NCBI RefSeq assembly: GCF_006345805.1
Contig: NC_042997.1
Location: 175,584,001 to 175,648,000, forward strand
Direction of reading: 5' to 3'
Length of the DNA: 64,000 nt
Source of the DNA: Octopus sinensis
Taxonomy: Eukaryota
Below, piece by piece: positions 27,201 to 38,992 of this stretch. The notes beneath the pieces were generated by a model. It did not search any database, was not told where the DNA came from, and worked only from the letters and a program-made list of their open reading frames with translations. Position numbers and translations under genes: made by a program. Within the stretch, counting starts at the first letter, position 1. Each line of letters starts with the position of its first letter.

Positions 27201-30200
27201 TGAGCTAAGAAATTATATAACCAGTGGTCTGCTATTGCTAAAAAGGTAGCCATGAACAAAATCAATTAGAACAGAAGCTATTAAAATGTGATAGGCTTTT
27301 AGATGAGATTTTATAAGTAGCTTCTAAAAAATGAATAGAGAGTAGATAGAAACAGAGTTTTATAAGCATATCGCTCACCTATAGATGATTCTTTAGTAAA
27401 TCAATGTAATTGAATACTGTAAACTCAAACCTATTAATCATTAATTACAATGCAAATAGAGACCATTATGTATATGTTGGTTAATATCCTGTTTGACATG
27501 GTCATTACACAACTGTTATTTGGAACTTAACAAAACTGCCATTGAAAAAGATGAAATCTGAACTAATGCCAACATTGGTAGTTGCTAACTAGCCAAAAGA
27601 AAAGCAGTTGTCAAAGAGAGAGACTGCAATTTATTTTGATTGGAAACTAATGATTTCTAATATAAGTACAAGTATAAAAATTTGAGAGGAAACAATTATA
27701 TCAACCCCAATACTTCATTGGTACTTATTTTATGGGTCCCAAAATAATCTAAATGAAAGTGGACTTTGGCAGGATTTGATGTCAGAACATGACCTGCAAC
27801 TAATGCCAATTCATTGAATAATAAACATTTTAAGACAATAATAAAGCTCAGATCTGTGGTAGCATAGAACACTATTAGCTAATATAAATAGGATTAAAAA
27901 ATTATGCAATTAAAAATTTGATTAATTGCCTTTTTAAATTCAGTGTTAAGTTCAACATTCACTTTTGTTGAACTGGTTTACAAGGATATGTTCAAACTGC
28001 TCATTAACACCCAATACTTATCCCGTTACGATCCTGTGGGATGACATCAGCAGCTGGGGAGCTGACTGGAACTTGGGGATGACTGGAAGAGGAAGGGGCA
28101 GGAGTGACACGCGCGCAGGCAGGGGAGCATTGGGCCTTTTCGATCTGGGTAGCCAACAGAGCTGGATGTGAGTGCTTTGTCAAGGTAGGAGAAAAGCAGC
28201 TGCTATTTCGAGCATTCGGGTCAGGCCACATGGAAGGGTGCATTACCGCTGGAGAGTTCTGCATCGACGAAGAGAAGGTAGGTGTCCTTATTTCAAATCT
28301 CTCGCATACACCACAGATCCTACAAGGGAATCTATGTAGTCACACTATCAGCTGGAAATAGCAGTCGAACCATAACCTTCCCACACCATAAAAAAATGAT
28401 GGTCATACTCGTTGGTGTAGTTTCATCATCATCATTTAACATCTGCCTTCCATGCTGGCATGGGTGAGACAGTTTGACAGGAGCTGGCCAGGCAGAAGCC
28501 TGCACCAGACTTCTGTGATTGTTTTGGCATGATTTTTACAGCTGGATGCCCTTCCTAACACCAACTACCCATGGCTATATATATATATAAAGCACCATTC
28601 GAGTGTGATCTTTATCTGCGTTGCCTTACTGGCACTTGTACTGGTGGTATGTGAAAAAACATTCGAGTGAGGTCGTTGCCAGTGCCGCTGGACTGGCTCC
28701 TGTGCAGGTGGCACATAAAAAGAACCATTTGAGCGTGGCCTTTGCTAGTACCGCCTGATTGGCCCTCGTGCCGTAAAAGCACCCACTACACTCTCGGAGT
28801 GGTGGCGTTAGGAAGGGCATCCAGCTGTAGAAACTCTGCCAGATCAGATTGGAGTCTGGTGCAGCCATCTGGTTCGCCTGACCTCAATCAAATCGTCCAA
28901 CCCATGCTAGCATGGAAAGCAGACGTTAAACGATGATGATGATGATTATATATATACATAGGCGTAGAAGTGGCTGTGTGGTAAGTAGCTTGCTTACCAA
29001 CCACATGGTTCCGGGTACAGGCCCACTGCGTGGCACCTTGGGCAAGTGTCTACTATAGCCTCTGGCTGACCAAAGCCTTGTGAGTGGATTTGGTAGACGG
29101 AAACTGAAAGAAACCCGTCGTGTATATATATATATATATATATATACACACGTCTCTTTTGCCGAACCGCTAAGTGACGGGGATGTAAACACACCAGCAT
29201 CGGTTGTCAAGCAATGCTAGGGGGACAAACACAGACACACAAACATACATACATATATATATATATACATATATACGACAGGCTTCTTTCAGTTTCCACC
29301 TACCAAATCCACTCACAAGGCATTGGTCGACCCGGGGCTATAGCAGAAGACACTTGCCCAAGGTGCCATGCAGTGGGACTGAACCCAGAACCATGTGGTT
29401 GTTTAGCAAGCTACTTACCACACAGCCACTCAAAGTACTGAACTCAGTTTTACTAAAACTTTTAAAAAGGTCCCAGGATGGATGTTGTACAATGATTGAA
29501 ACAAGTCGTACTTCTTCCATGCTGGGATGTAGAACAAACAAACAAAAAAATAAGTGTCTGCTTGATCAGAGCTGATCTGAAGTTATATAAGCACATGTGT
29601 GGCTGTGTTAAGATACTCGCTTGCAACCACATGGTCTCAGGTTCAGTCCCACTGCATAACACTTTGGGCAAGTGTCTTCTACTATAGACCTAGACTGACC
29701 AATGCTTTGCGAGTGAATTAGGTATGTGGAAGCCTATCATACACGTGTGTGTGTGTCCTCCAACCACTGCTTGACAACTGGTATTGCTTCATTTATATCC
29801 AACTAACTTAGCAGTTAAGCAAATGAGTAATAGAATAATAATAATGAGTAGTGGGGGTCAATTTGTTTAACCCTTCAGGAGAGCGCTCCAACATGGCCAC
29901 AGTCCAATAACAAAGAGAAAAAAGATATAAAAAAAAGGAAACTCACGAGTTTTCTCCTTTTCACAAGGAGCCTTCTCTGTACTTTGTGTAACTCTTTTAG
30001 CAGTTCTCACTTTAGAACTCAATGATACTCTGTCATTCCTCGGAGTAGCATTGGCTCTGATAACTTTACAGTTCACAGGAACTTTCTGCACAGAAGTTGG
30101 CATCTTCTCCCAACAAAATAGACTCTTTTTCTTCAGTACTCCAGCTTTACAGATAATCTTCGGTTCTTTGATAACATGCGTGGATCTTCTAGAAATAGAT

Positions 30201-33200
30201 GTATCTTCTACTGAAATCATAGGAGTTTGATGAAGATCGTAAATAATTTCTGAATTGGGAGAGGAGTACCTGCTATTCAAGGAGTCTGAAGATAAACCAT
30301 TGTCAGATTTAGGAGATGCTTGTTGTTTTTCAATGAGATTTGATTCAGAGGGGTGTCCAAGCTGAGAAAGCATTTCGAGTTTTGTATTATCTTCTTTATC
30401 TTCCCTTTGGTGCACATCTTGAAAATCACTACCTGGCAACAGTAAGTTTGATCTGTTAGGACAAGCAGAAGTCTGGTGGTGACTTTCAATGGGAGAACTT
30501 GTCAGGAGGAAATTTGTTTGAATAGGGCTCACACTGTTAATGCTGAGGGTTGTATTTTTAACAGAATTATCATAGACATGATAAGGAGGAGATAGTTGTG
30601 GTGGAGAAAAAGAAGTTACCACTGGTAAGGAACCACTTGAAGTGGGAGATTTTTTTAATTTGTTTTTCCAGCTCCGCCTTTTTTGTTTTTTTACCAAATA
30701 AGTTTCCCGACGGGGACTCTGTTTACAAAATGATGGCCCAGTGACTTCATCTGCCATCTGCTTTTGGCGCTTGGTTGTGACATAACTGTGTTGATATTCA
30801 TTTGCATTTTCAGCACTTTCTACAGTTACATTCCTCACACATGTTAATACTTCCACCGCATTGTCAATTTCTATAGTTTTGTTTTCTGGCGAGTCTTCAT
30901 AGGGCACACAGCTAACATTCTTAGAGATGGATGAAATTTCCTGTACTGAACACTCAGTTTTTAATTCCAAATTTGTAGTGACATTCTTACAAGAAACAGA
31001 ATCATTTTTCTTGCAAGAGTAATTCTTGACAGTACACTGATTTGGTGAAATTCTCTTCTTTGTAACCATCTTGGTAGAAACTGGTACTGTATTTTCTCGA
31101 TTGGAAATTGTCTTGCTCTGAGTTCGTTTGGAGGAAACAGTCTTATACTGAATCTCTGTTGAGTTGTAAGACTTTATATTTGTCAAATTTGGTGTATGTA
31201 GAACAGAGAATGGCGTTTTTACACACGACATGATTCCCCTGACCTGAAAGAAAAATGCAGGTTCATTACCTAACAATAACTCAAAACCATGCAACATTAT
31301 ATAGTAGATTACACAAATTACAGTTTATGAAGGTGACAGAGTTTACTAACCAAAAGGTCAACATTCAATAACTTGCTAATGGTGCTATAATTTATCCAGG
31401 GTTCAAGCCTATAGCAGCCAGTGCCTTAGCCTATCAAGAAGTAAATAAATACAGCTGCTTATTCCAAGACTACCAAATAATGAACACTTCAGTAACTAGT
31501 AGTACTGGAGTCAAGTTATTTCTCCATGTTGATAAAGGGTATCTCAAAACCACTTCAGCATAAACTTTAGAAGCAACAGTCACCAGAAATTGAAATTTCC
31601 CCACCAAATCTTGTAGCAGCTCTGCCACATGCAAAGAGACAAGACTTATATTCTTATGGATAAACGAATACACTGCACAGTGTAATATTATAATCAAAAC
31701 AAACAGCAGTAATCACATGGAACAATCTTTTAAGAACCAAAAATCCAACACACTAACTCGAACTGTGGAACTAGCACAATGATTTTATTAAAACCACAGG
31801 AGTTAAACAAAGAGGGGACAATACACGGGGAAAATAGGGGTCGGGGACTAGTTGGATGAGATTACATATAGTGAATAAAAACAATTGCAAATGAAAATGT
31901 AAGAATGAATGAACACGGAATGGGTTTGACCCCACCAACCATATTCCGTTCACTTCGCCCCCCCCCCCCCTCCTCGCTTAATTAGGAATTTACATACCCA
32001 ACAGTCAGACTACTTTCTTCCATTTTTTTGTACTTTTTGATGTCAGGCATTTCTTCTCCAGACATGCTTTCCCTCTTAGGTGATATAAAAAGAGGTTAAC
32101 CAAAGCACACCCGGAGACAAAGGTGCTTGATGCAATACCTCCTCCATGCACCTTCCAAATCACCTCTTTCACAGAATTTCTCTTTTAGAGAAGACGGCAG
32201 AATGATCTTAATAATCAACTCGGCCAACAGTTGTACTCTACCCAGCTGTGATAATACCCATTAGGTAGAAACCCACAGGTCAAAGAGACTCGGATACTGC
32301 ACAATTGCATACAGAACAGTTTTGTTGCTCTGCCTGCAACATGGGCATGTAGGCAAATCCATGACTTCATGCTTCATGAGTTTATCCTGAACTGACAAGG
32401 AACTTCAGAAGCACAGCCAAGGCAGGGGCCCCTGGAAGTTGTCCATAGGTCCTGGGCCGAAAGTGTTTGGCAAGCCAACTTTCCTTGAAACCCAGAGTCT
32501 CCCCCCCAGGCTGCCATCACACTTGCCCTCTACTGCCCATCTATAGTAAGCCGAGATGGTAACCCCTCTGCTGGCATTGCTCATTCAGGAGAGAAGCATG
32601 AGCGCTTGTTGACACTTGATGAAAGTCAGTATGTCAGGAACACTGTAACATGCAAATACTTCATCTAAGAACTTTATAGTTGCCTTAGAGATGGGTTTAT
32701 AGCACCTGCAAACTTCTGGCCACTTAGTGCAGCTATCTACTACAATTGGGTAGTATGCACCGTTTACCAGTCCAGCATAGTCAATGTGTAACCTAGACCA
32801 CGGGTTCTCCAGCTCTGGCCATGATTGATATTTTACTGGTGGGGCTTTGGCTGCAAGTGCACAACCTCAACATGTTCTCACCAAGTTTTTGATATCTCTG
32901 TCCATAGATGGCCAATAGACATAATTCATCATAACCTTCATCCTTGCCATTCCTGGATGTCCGCTGTGAAATTGTTGCAATACACCTTTTGTAATGTAGT
33001 TGGAGCCACCATCAGAATATTGTCGCAAATTGAGAAACTACTGGTATCTGAACTTTTGTTTATGTTTTAAAGCTTCATTTATTTTCATAATCTACTCATC
33101 ACTTACAGCTTTCATTCTTATATCCTGTGCCATCACTGGTAGTTATTGGATAACATTCGTCATAACACTTACTTTCACTTTCTGCCTGCAGGGTGGCTAT

Positions 33201-35517
33201 AACAGTCTCTTCTAGTGGTTCCATAGTTTTTAGAATTAATCACAAAAAAAAAATCCACATGACCGATATTTTTCAATGGGATGTATTGTATTTTGAAATT
33301 ATAATTTAGTAATATTACACCCCAACATTGCAGGCAGTTCACAGTATCAGTCTAACCCCCTTTTTAGACCCATAAATCGAAAGCAAAGGTCTATGATCTG
33401 TTTGCAATAAAAAACTGCTATGCAAAAACCTGTGAAAATTTTTAACTGCAAAAATAATTGCCAGGGCTTCCTTTTCAATTTGATCATATCTCTTTTCTGC
33501 CGCTATTAGCAAGTGCGAAACATGAACCACTGGTTTTGTACTTCCATCTTCATATTTATGAAGCAGAACTGCTCAGAGGCATCACATATCCATTTCAGGA
33601 TTGTAATGTGCTAACAACAGATCTGAGATCAGAATTTTTTTTTAATTCTTCAAAAGTGTTCTGGCATTTAGTAGACCAATTCCACTTTACAAAGAATAAG
33701 TCCTGGGGTCGATTTGCTCGACTAAAGGCGGTGCTCCAGCATGGCCACAGTCAAATGACTAAAACAAGTAAAAGAGTAATCCTTTTTGTAGAGTAGGCCT
33801 CCACAACCATAACACAGATTGGGGCCTGACATTTTTTTTTCCATTGTGCTTCCCAGGATGACATGAATTTTTATAGTCTTTATCTTGTATTTATTTCATG
33901 TTTAAATTTTACCATAGTCTGACATTCTTCTGTGATGGTCTTCTGAGATAGATCCTGATTCATTTGCTCCATTTTCTAGAGAATCCTTATCCAAATTTCT
34001 CTATCTTCAGGTGCTTATAGTCCTTGCACAAAGATAAGTCAAGCCAAGTGAGATTGTAGTCATGGCCTAAGCCAGTGTTGCATAACGGGCCCGTTAAAAG
34101 CACCCTTCAATCCTTGGGCGATATGCTGTGCTTGTGGACACCTGTTGAACTGAGTGAAATTGTTGTCATGGCTAATGCCAGTGCCACATAAAAAACACCG
34201 TTCAAGTGTTGGGCCGCATGGAGGCAGTGACAGGTGACCAAGACTCTTGGTGATATACCATGTTTGTGTTGACCTGTCAAGCCAAGTGAGACCATAGTCG
34301 TGGCCAATGTCAGTATCAGGTCAATGGCACCCGTGCTGGTGGCACGTAAAAAACACCCCTTACACTCTTGAAGTTGGCATGCTTTTGATTATAGTTCAGC
34401 TCACGCAGGGTTGACCAGGAGTCAAACAGTGGTGTAACTTAACAAAAATGAATGTGTCTAAATGTAAAGAACTTCCACTTCTTTTGACTTAGAGGGATGG
34501 TAAAAGTTTATCATTATCATTTAATATCCGTTGTCCATGCTGGCACAGGTTGGACGGTTTGACCAGGTGCTGCACCAGACTCCAGTCTGATTTGACATGG
34601 TTTTCTACAGCTGGATGCCCTTCCTAATGCCAATCATCCAAGAGTCTAATGAGTACTTTTACATGCCACCAGTACAGGTGCCAGTTTGCATGACACCAGT
34701 ATCTGCCATGGCAGATACCAAAAGTCTCGGTCATTGCCTCTGTGAGGCTCAACACTCGACAGGAACTCAGCCACTGACTCCACGAGGCCCTTGCCACTAT
34801 CACCACCTACTAATTTTTTTTGGGGGGGGGGGCGAATTTTCGGAATAAACAAACTACTTGACTTGTTATATATATCATCATCATTTAACGTCTGCCTTCC
34901 ATGCTGGCGTGGGTTGGACGGTTTGAGGGGAGCCAACCAGGTAGAAGATTCCATGGTTTTTATAGTTGGATGCCCTTCCTAACACCAACCACCCCGCAAT
35001 CAATGTTCAAGGTTTCAAAGAATGCAAAACCTGATAAATATTTTCGGGGGTGTGGGGGTGGCAAAAACAAAAGTCTACGGAGAGAAGGGAGATGAACATT
35101 TTTTCAATTCAAATTTTGAGGTAACATTTTGTAGAACCGTAACCTCCAACGTTTAATACGTACACATTTGGGAGGAAAATCTTAGATTTTGACGAACTAG
35201 ATAACTATAGAATTATGTGTGTGAGTATACACACACACACACACACACACATTATATATATATATATGTATATGTATCAAATGAAATAAATGAAAAACAG
35301 GGCGCAAAGGATTTTGCGGTACATATGTTTCGGGCTTTATAGAACAACTTATTCTTACATCAATGCATAATTGATATAACATAATTGATGTTTTGCGTAC
35401 TGCAAAATCCTTTGCGTCCTGTTTTTCATTTATTTCATTTGATACATATATCCTATCACCTATGCCACTAGCTGGCATATACAGGTGCTTACATTTATCA
35501 AGTATTCACCCTGAATT

Positions 35518-35564
<47 letters not shown>

Positions 35565-38500
35565 ACCAAACATGGGTGTTTGATTGAGAAGTTCGCTTCA
35601 CAATCGCATGACTCCATGTTCAGTCCCACTGCACGGCACCCTGTGCAAGTGTCAACTAACTCTGGGCCAAGCAAAACTTTATAAGTAGATTGAAAAAGCC
35701 CATCGTGTGTTCGTAAATCTGCATGTGTGTACATGTGCACGAGTGCATGCGTCAGTGATTGTTTGCACCTTCAGATTGCTTATTAGAAAGTCACGATGCT
35801 CGCGTGGTATTCTTGTCAGTGTTTCTCCAGCCCCTCAAAGTTGCTCCTATTCATATACTGCTGGCTCCGATCAGGAGAGAGTGCACGACATATGCGCAAA
35901 CACGTAGGAGCGAGCATCAGTAGTTCCAACCTTTTCACTAGCAAGGGCCCCTATTATCTTAGTAGGCCACCAGATACAGACTCCAACTTAGGGGTATATA
36001 TTATAGCCATATTATACAATAATTAGGAATAACGCAACGCTTTCTCTATCCTCAAAACTGACATTTGCCGACACCAACCTATACAAAAACCTAGTTATCT
36101 TACTTTTGACATAAAGAGCATTAAACACCTAACACCGTCAGTAAGAAAAGTTAGGTGGAAGTGTGGCTTTATCAAGCTTTAGACAAAATCATTTGCCTTC
36201 CTACTTGCCAAGCAAGTTTGTGACAATGATACGGACGTTAGTTGACTGGTGAAAGGCTCCACCCTCTTTTATATATATTTTTTAAAGTATTCTAAATTGA
36301 TAAAAGAGTACTCTCCCTTGCCTAAAGGTTTAACGGTTTACTTTTGTAATTGCTCATTTGAACCTATCGCATTCTCAAATGGTTGAATATATTTACAGGT
36401 TTTGCAATTTTATAAACAAATTGGTTTCAAATTAAAATAAACTTATGAACTTTCAGAGACTGGAGAAAGAGCAGTTTTTAATTTTGCCACAAGGCCAGCA
36501 ATTTTAAGGGGGAAGGGGTGAATCGATTACATCGATCTCTGTTCAAATGCTACTTTATTTTAACGAGCCCGAAAGGATTAAAAGATGAAGTTGACCTCGG
36601 CAGAATCTGAACCCAGAACATAAAGAGCAGGCTGCTGTGACAGAGAATTTGAAGTAATTAAGAGGAACACAGTTTTAAGACATTAGATAACTGTTCCCCA
36701 GTAAAAGAAAGGATTTAACTAAGCCATCATAAAGGAAGGTTTCCAACAAATAAAGTAATGTTTACAAAAAACTACTATATGAAGTTAGAGTATACAAGAA
36801 ATTCTAAAATATTACATAAACTGTCCAACTACAAATCTTTCAAATTACAAAATCCCAGTTAATATTCAACACCCCAAAAGAAACTAAAAACTAGGCTTTG
36901 TATGCGCTTTCTAGTTTCCAGTGTCCTGTGAAAGTTTATCTGGTTAAGAGCAGGTGTTTTCTCGGGCAGATAGTATTAGTTATTACAACTGACAAACGTA
37001 TCTAATTTCTTCAAACAATCGTTTAAATTCATATCTAGTGAGTCTTTGGCGCATACTTAATCCTTAATACTTCAGTGCGGAGAAAATGAAACTGAATGAG
37101 TTTTCAATAATGAAAGTTGATGCTTATTTGACTCAGTCACTCCATTACAAAGTCTTCCTCCGTAGGTTGTAACTCCAGTTGTATGCAATGCAGGCAAAAT
37201 ATTATAAAACGACCAGTATATTTTTAACTATTTCAGTAAAACCTAAATAGTTTTGCGACAAGTAAGCTCGCTTTTTATGCTGCACTGATTTGCTTCTTGC
37301 AAGATGTAACATGAACACGTCTAATGGTAACTAATCAACGAACTTTATTAATCCTTTTGGACTGTTTCGACAGAGACAAAACACCAGGGCTTTTCGCTAA
37401 AACCCAAGAAGCGGACTAGGCAGAGACAAAAACGCCAGGGCCTTTCGCTAAAACCCAAGAAGCGGACTAGGCAGAGACAAAAACGCCAGGGCCTTTCGCT
37501 AAAACCCAAGAAGCGGACTAGGCAGAGACAAAAACGCCAGGGCCTTTCGCTAAAACCCAAGAAGCGGACTAGGCAGAGACAAAAACGCCAGGGCTTTTCG
37601 CTAAAACCCAAGAAGCGGACTAGGCAGAGACAATAACGCCAGGGCCTTTCGCTAAAACCCAAGAAGCGGACTAGGCAGAGACAAAAACGCCAGGGCCTTT
37701 CGCTAAAACCCAAGAAGCGGACTAGGCAGAGACAAAAACGCCAGGGCTTTTCGCTAAAACCCAAGAAGCGGTCTAGGCAGAGACAAAAAACACCAGGACC
37801 TTTTGCTTACTGCATAGGACTACAGTTATAGTTAACTTGAGCAAACAATTGAAAAAAAAAAAGTTGGGAGTGGGTGTGAAGGGGCTTTACCTTTGCTTGA
37901 TAAACCTATTTTATTATCAGTACTCGCAAAATCTGTTCGGCCTTGCAAAGAATTTCAAAATAGATTAAATTTTAGCAATTTATTTTAATTCAGTATTCTT
38001 CCTCGTAGAAGATATGCAGTAGAAGACTGGTTAAATGGGTAGGGGTGGATGGTTACCAACTAGCGAGCCAGGTGATAATTAAGGTGGGGTTTGAAAATGT
38101 AAATAACGAACACGTAGCTGATGTTGAATCTAAAATTCGACCGAAAGACAAACCAAAGCACTTAGATGCGTCTTTATTTTCGAAGTCTTACACGAGTTAT
38201 TCATTTGCCAACCATGCAAACCAATGTATGCATTCCAAATTAACATTAATTAAAATGGAAATAACTATTCTAAAAACTAATAAGACAAATTTTTGAATAA
38301 CAAAAGAAACTTTCATTATCACAATATGAAAAAAGCAAAAGGGAAAAGCTTACCGCAACTTTTTTCTGTCTAGGAACTACAGCAGTTCCATAGAGGACAG
38401 CTTGTAGCCGATAAGATTCGTCAATAAAGAAAAGAATCATCTGCCGACAGCCCCCTTCACGCTCAGGTGTCCAAGAGATATTCAAAGACAATGTTGATTC

Positions 38501-38788
38501 AGCTGGTACTTCGAAGTCCATTAACTCCATTTCAAAATGTTCGTCATGTGGAAATTTCTCGACGTGAACAAACTGGTCGAATTCATGGGGGTTTGTAACC
38601 AGTAACTTTCGATGTATTGTTTTGCCTACTTTAACTTTGCCGAAGCTAATTGTCGGTTTCTTCGTGAAATGCGTCAATAATAAAGTTTCTTCTCTAGCAA
38701 TATCTGCATTTGCAACAGGAGAATTGTCATTCCAAGACTTCCGAGATTTTCTCCTACGAGGACTGCTAGAAACAGAAGAATCCATCAT
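2610..38788 (-). CDS. ASPM: Abnormal spindle-like microcephaly-associated protein homolog; 18 coding exons in window, 3' end lies beyond the left edge
   Basis: Spliced translation gives an N-terminal ASH domain, the conserved '[34 protein letters not shown]' block, CH1, CH2 and a long IQ array. Splice phases are consistent at all junctions apart from one internal frameshift near 5155. Confidence 0.96.
3466..5467 (-). CDS. ASPM: ASPM exon 17, large IQ-repeat exon (about 25-30 IQ motifs) with an apparent 1-nt frameshift near 5155
   Basis: Repeated IQxxxRxxxxR motifs at about 23-aa spacing run across two overlapping ORFs (5117-5431 and 3438-5405). Acceptor ttgtag|ATT, donor CAG|GTATTT. Confidence 0.92.
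6655..9699 (-). CDS. ASPM: ASPM exon 16 (probable): 1015-codon Asp/Asn/Ser-rich exon with 11/12-aa tandem repeats
   Basis: Acceptor ttggtttag|ATG lies 121 nt after exon 15; donor CAG|GTAAAT. The exon is 3045 nt, stop-free and phase 0 to 0, and includes about 1.2 kb of open non-repetitive sequence. Confidence 0.75.
6990..8780. repeat. Coding minisatellite of 33/36-bp units (about 50), most homogeneous in the centre
   Basis: Unit gcagaacatggtcaccgacagcagagtcatttc encodes [11 protein letters not shown] on the minus strand; 36-bp variants encode [12 protein letters not shown]. Confidence 0.97.
9821..10021 (-). CDS. ASPM: ASPM exon 15 (end of CH2 plus first IQ motif)
   Basis: [38 protein letters not shown]...[12 protein letters not shown]; donor AGG|GTAAGT. 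Confidence 0.95.
10537..10610 (-). CDS. ASPM: ASPM exon 14
   Basis: [25 protein letters not shown]; phase 1 to 0; donor AAA|GTAAGT. Confidence 0.9.
10742..10937 (-). CDS. ASPM: ASPM exon 13 (CH2)
   Basis: [27 protein letters not shown]...; donor CTA|GTAAGT. Confidence 0.95.
11912..12372 (+). mobile_element. tRNA-derived CORE-type SINE with internal (TA)/(TG) tract; other copies at about 1-275(-), 20010-20380, 21045-21385, 24061-24480, 28961-29125, 29151-29431(-), 29598-29920, 55600-56010, 61409-61815
   Basis: A/B-box-like head (tggctgtgtggtaag...ggttcagtccc) and an 'accttgggcaagt' CORE-like block; many near-identical copies within the window. Confidence 0.88.
13716..13935 (+). mobile_element. 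tRNA-derived SINE with Nin/Deu-like central domain; copies at about 50035-50265(-), 50572-50790(-), 51330-51485(-), 52757-52990(-), 53757-54165(+, partial dimer)
   Basis: B-box gagttcaaattcc followed by gcctttcatcctttcggggtcgataaattaagtacc; multiple copies. Confidence 0.82.
14007..14107 (-). CDS. ASPM: ASPM exon 12 (start of CH2)
   Basis: ...[22 protein letters not shown]; phase 1 to 0. Confidence 0.92.
14986..15097 (-). CDS. ASPM: ASPM exon 11
   Basis: [24 protein letters not shown]...; acceptor ttttcag|GTT, donor A|GTAAGT. Confidence 0.9.
15626..15708 (-). CDS. ASPM: ASPM exon 10 (end of CH1)
   Basis: [28 protein letters not shown]; canonical splice sites. Confidence 0.95.
15853..15998 (-). 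CDS. ASPM: ASPM exon 9 (CH1)
   Basis: [37 protein letters not shown]; phase 2 to 1. Confidence 0.95.
16090..16705 (-). mobile_element. CR1/L2-type LINE, 5'-truncated 3' fragment; the same tail recurs at about 40545-40620
   Basis: [22 protein letters not shown]...NTRGHVYKV...[17 protein letters not shown] is a typical CR1-clade ORF2 C-terminus. Confidence 0.85.
18137..18312 (-). CDS. ASPM: ASPM exon 8 (start of CH1)
   Basis: ASKDLL...[46 protein letters not shown]. Read by eye; not in the ORF track. Confidence 0.95.
19241..19371 (-). CDS. ASPM: ASPM exon 7 (ends at a non-canonical GC donor)
   Basis: [25 protein letters not shown]...[12 protein letters not shown]; donor AAG|GCAAGT. Confidence 0.92.
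20491..20632 (-). CDS. ASPM: ASPM exon 6
   Basis: MVFGEI...[27 protein letters not shown]; acceptor tacag|ATG, donor AAG|GTAGCT. Confidence 0.95.
21692..21993 (-). CDS. ASPM: ASPM exon 5
   Basis: ...[24 protein letters not shown]...[25 protein letters not shown]; phase 1 to 0. Confidence 0.95.
22649..22748. repeat. GC-rich 22-bp tandem repeat, about 4.5 copies
   Basis: gagagcatggcgggcgcagcca-like units. Confidence 0.85.
23140..23286 (-). CDS. ASPM: ASPM exon 4
   Basis: [38 protein letters not shown], an ASPM/Asp signature; canonical AG/GT. Confidence 0.95.
24791..24874 (-). CDS. ASPM: ASPM exon 3
   Basis: tttacag|AA ATG... [27 protein letters not shown]; donor CTG|GTAAGT; phase 1 to 1. 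Confidence 0.88.
25885..26315 (+). mobile_element. RTE-clade LINE 3' fragment
   Basis: [25 protein letters not shown] and [23 protein letters not shown]; short (GATA)n tail. Confidence 0.85.
29947..31243 (-). CDS. ASPM: ASPM exon 2 (Ser/Pro-rich low-complexity N-terminal region)
   Basis: Lies within the 476-aa ORF. Acceptor tttcag|GTC, donor CTC|GTGAGT; 1297 nt, phase 0 to 1, matching both neighbours. Confidence 0.88.
32600..33680 (-). mobile_element. Degenerate Ty3/Gypsy pol fragment (RNase H and integrase)
   Basis: [33 protein letters not shown] (RNase H); [10 protein letters not shown]...[12 protein letters not shown] (integrase) near 32720-32800. Confidence 0.85.
37371..37800. repeat. 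51-bp minisatellite, about 8.4 near-identical copies, in ASPM intron 1
   Basis: Unit cagagacaaaaacgccagggcctttcgctaaaacccaagaagcggactagg starts at 37371, 37421, 37472, 37523, 37574, 37625, 37676, 37727 and 37778. Confidence 0.97.
38354..38788 (-). CDS. ASPM: ASPM exon 1 (start codon, ASH domain)
   Basis: MMDSS...[21 protein letters not shown]...LNISWTP...QAVLYGTAV. Donor GCG|GTAAGC; 435 nt, phase 0. Confidence 0.92.
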
Positions 38789-38992
38789 TTTGCCGATTCA
38801 AATAGTTATATGGTAATTCAAATAATTTTTTTTTTATGTATAACAATCAATACTCATTAACAAGGAAAATAAATTGACACGCACTAAAATTAATCCAAAG
38901 TAATTACGGCGAGAATAATACTATATTACTAGGAACAATACTATGCAAGCATGTTTTGCGTAAGGACCATGCTAAATTTATATTTGTTGCCG

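Noticed and set aside
28004-28270. GC-rich 86-aa Pro/Ser ORF in intron 2 as an extra ASPM exon
   Set aside because: Its acceptor is phase 0 while intron 2 is phase 1, there is no good donor, and exons 2 and 3 already join in frame.
37348-37800. CRISPR-like regular array, or a 138-aa Cys-rich repeat protein
   Set aside because: The units are contiguous and near-identical with no unique spacers, and the context is a eukaryotic intron. It is a minisatellite.
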